From assembly GCA_035221665.1 (NCBI GenBank), contig CM069162.1, positions 22,940,001 to 23,004,000 on the forward strand: a stretch of DNA of 64,000 bases, given 5' to 3'. Of the stretch, positions 61,370-64,000 are shown piece after piece (the first letter of the stretch is position 1; each line of letters begins with the position of its first letter). The notes under the pieces were generated by a model. The model made no database searches. It was not told where the DNA came from and saw nothing but the letters and a program-made list of their open reading frames with translations. This DNA is from Okamejei kenojei. Its lineage: Eukaryota. Made by a program: the position numbers and the translations under genes.

Positions 61370-62420
61370 GGGGATGCATTTTGGGAGGATTAATGAGGCT
61401 ACGATGCACATAATGAGTGGTAAGATTCTAGGAATTAGCAAGGAACAGAGGGACCTTGGTGTGCATGTCTGAGATTCCCTGAAGGCAGAAGTGCAGGTAG
61501 ATAAGGTGATTAAGAAGGCATACAGAATGCTTGCCTTCATTAACTGGGGCCAGTGAGATTATGGTACAACTATACAAAAACACTGGTCATGTCAGGGCTA
61601 GAGTCCTACACCAGTTCTTGATGCCATACTTTAGGAAGGTTTCCCTGTCCTGGGACTTGTGCAGAGATAATTCATCCATGTGTTACTTGGGATGGAATAT
61701 TTTGGCTATGAGAAGACTGGAAGGTGGATTCTTTTTTTCTTGGAGCAGAGGAGGGACCTGGTGGATGTGTACAAAATTATGAGGGAAATAGTTAGGGGCT
61801 TTAGTCAGAAGCACTTTCCTTCAGCAGTTTTACTGGTTCAAAGGGATAGGAGATTTAGAGGGAATTTTGGAAGAAATCTTTTTTATGGATAACTTTCTCT
61901 GGAATACCAGAGGTTGTGGGAAGACATGACATAAGTATTTAAAATTTATGAAGGACAGAGATAGGATAGACAGTCAGAAACTTTTCCCCCAGGATGGATA
62001 AGAGGACATAGCTTTAAAGTGAGAGGGGCGAAGTGTAAAGGAGATGTGCGGGGCAGGTTTTTTTACACAGTGTCTGGAACATGTTTGGCTGGCTGGTGGA
62101 GGTAGATATGATAGTGGCATTTAAGAGACTTTTAGATAGGCACGTGGGCTTGCAGGGAATTGAGGTACATGGAGTATGTGCAGGCAGATAAGAGTTGGTC
62201 TTGGCATTATGCCAAGCACAGACGTAGTAGGCTGAAGGGTCTGTTCCTCTTCTGTACAGTTATATGTTCCATGCATGTCCTAGAGGGTGATTGTGATCAG
62301 GAATACGTTATCGGAGGAGCAGCGGATTCTCACAACATTTAAGAAGCATCTAGATGAGCATTTGAATCACCATGGCATAGCAGGCTACAAGATTGAATGC
62401 TGGAAAAGCTGATCCGTATA
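61370..62420 (+). mobile_element. Old CR1 fragments (at least two, nested)
   Basis: gaacagagggaccttggtgtgcatgtc (EQRDLGVHV) and degraded CR1 3' ends. Confidence 0.75.
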
Positions 62421-63129
62421 GATTAGTGCCCTGATGACTAAGTTTCCCACTTGCAAAGAACAGAATTTGCACGTGGAATATTAATAAAATATTAAGTACT
62501 ATGTGATTTTCTCATCAGAACAGTGCAATTTACCATATCTCATTCTGCATGTCTAACAGGTTTTATAATTAATTTCTCTCCCAGTAATTCCTCCATGTCA
62601 ACAGCTCTATTTACAGTACCAATGTTTCCCTGCATCATCTAGGTTTCGTGCCAAGTCTAATTACATGGTGCAGAGAGTAGGAGATGTACTGTAGGACCTC
62701 ACATTGACACCTTATTTTAAATTTGAGTATAGCGAGGAGATGCCTCTATAGAATGTAGAACACAGCACAGCCCTTTGGCCCACAATGTTAATCCTGACCA
62801 AATGTAACTAATCCCACCATTGGCCTGCACATGCTCGTTATAAATCACTGTTGCAAAAACTAGTCAAAGTGACCAATCTCCATGGAGGTTCCTGTGAGTG
62901 TCTGTAAGGTTTCTATCACGTGACATTGATGCTCTTCACTGTTGCCAGTAATGCATCGGAACGTGTCCTGTGAAACCGATAATCACTGACGTGATGTATC
63001 CTAGATCTCCGATTAATTCTGCAGTCCTCCTGATTGAATATTACTGGCTGTATGCCGCGTTGTCTTCAGCTGACATGGAGCATTCTCCATTTCCTTTACC
63101 CTCTTCCGCCTTGAGCTGTCGTTTGCACA

Positions 63130-63262
63130 CCTTACCCTTCTATTTCTCTATACTCCTTTTCCCCTGACTCTCAGTTAGATTAAGGGTTTCAACCCAAAAT
63201 ATCACCCATTTCTTCTCTCCAGAGATGCTGCCTGTCCCACTGAGTTACTCCAGCATTTTGTA
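63130..63262 (+). mobile_element. Penelope-derived element
   Basis: aagggtttcaacccaaaatatcaccc...agagatgctgcctgtccc. Confidence 0.75.
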
Positions 63263-63326
63263 CTTCTCCTGGATTGAGTCTCTTGACAGAGGCTGAGCTT
63301 CCCCCATCATTCCCGATCAGTCTTGT

Positions 63327-64000
63327 TTGGATTTGGATTCAATTTATTGTCATTGTCTTCAAATAAGAGACAACAAAATACTATTTTCCTTACAGTCATA
63401 CAAATAAAAAAAACACAAAAACACAGAACACGGCACGAACATCCCCGTAGCAGCACCAAAGTTCCCCACTGTGAAAGTCCAGTCAACCTCCTCGCTGATG
63501 TTCCCCAATGTTCACCCGTGGTCGGGTCCTCCCGAGCCCCCCGCAGTCGCCGCGATGTTCAGGCCCTCTCACCGAGAACGATGGAACCCCGACGTCAAAA
63601 GGTAAGACATCCTCAACTGCCTGGACCTCTGAATCGGCCACCTCCCACCGGAATCCGTGCCTCCCGAAGTCCGCAGGCCTAGCTGGGCGGAGAGTCACGC
63701 TGACGACCCCCCTGACAAATAGTCCCATGACTCCGCGATGTTAGACAGCACCGCCCGCGTTGGGAACTACAGCTCGGCGAACCACAGTTCCGCGATGTCG
63801 ATGCAGCAGGCCGAACACTCTCCAAATGGCGATCCCAGGTGTGGCATCGCCCGCTCTGCGATGTATCCAGCACTGCGCTGCTGCTGCTGAATCGGTCCCG
63901 GTAGGAAAGGCCACGTCAATCCAGTTGGTAGGCCTCGAGGAGGGGGGCGAGGGCGTGGCTCGGATAATAGTCGCATCCTCACCGGGAAGTGACTGAAGGA
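63327..64000 (-). mobile_element. Unclassified CpG-rich retroposon-like element with AATAAA and short-repeat tail, running off the window
   Basis: Reverse tail caataaattgaatccaaatccaaa; 63390-63475 resembles 58893-58985; no recognisable ORF. Confidence 0.5.

Overview
Eukaryotic, repeat-dense (roughly half transposon-derived) DNA that reads as intronic or intergenic sequence from a cartilaginous fish. The elasmobranch assignment is inferred from many HE1-type V-SINEs and SacSINE1/Deu-domain SINEs; a skate or ray is plausible but not provable here. No complete host gene is recognisable. Contents: about 18 HE1 SINEs; many CR1 LINE pieces, including a 3.2 kb frameshifted copy with ORF1 esterase, APE and RT; Rex1/Babar-type LINE pieces; two L1-Tx1 3' ends; one pogo/Tigger-like MITE; two minisatellites; and one assembly gap. 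The most striking component is a family of short Penelope-derived elements at about 30 loci. They carry a minimal hammerhead-ribozyme motif (CTGAAGA-A-GGGT-YYCG-RCCC-GAAA-CG-TY), often sit as head-to-head palindromes bounded by 14-17 bp target-site duplications, and are linked to a GIY-YIG endonuclease remnant at 30690-30876. Two in-phase plus-strand candidate exons (51814-51982 and 59358-59438) may start a gene for a secreted or membrane protein. Repeat boundaries were read by eye and are approximate.
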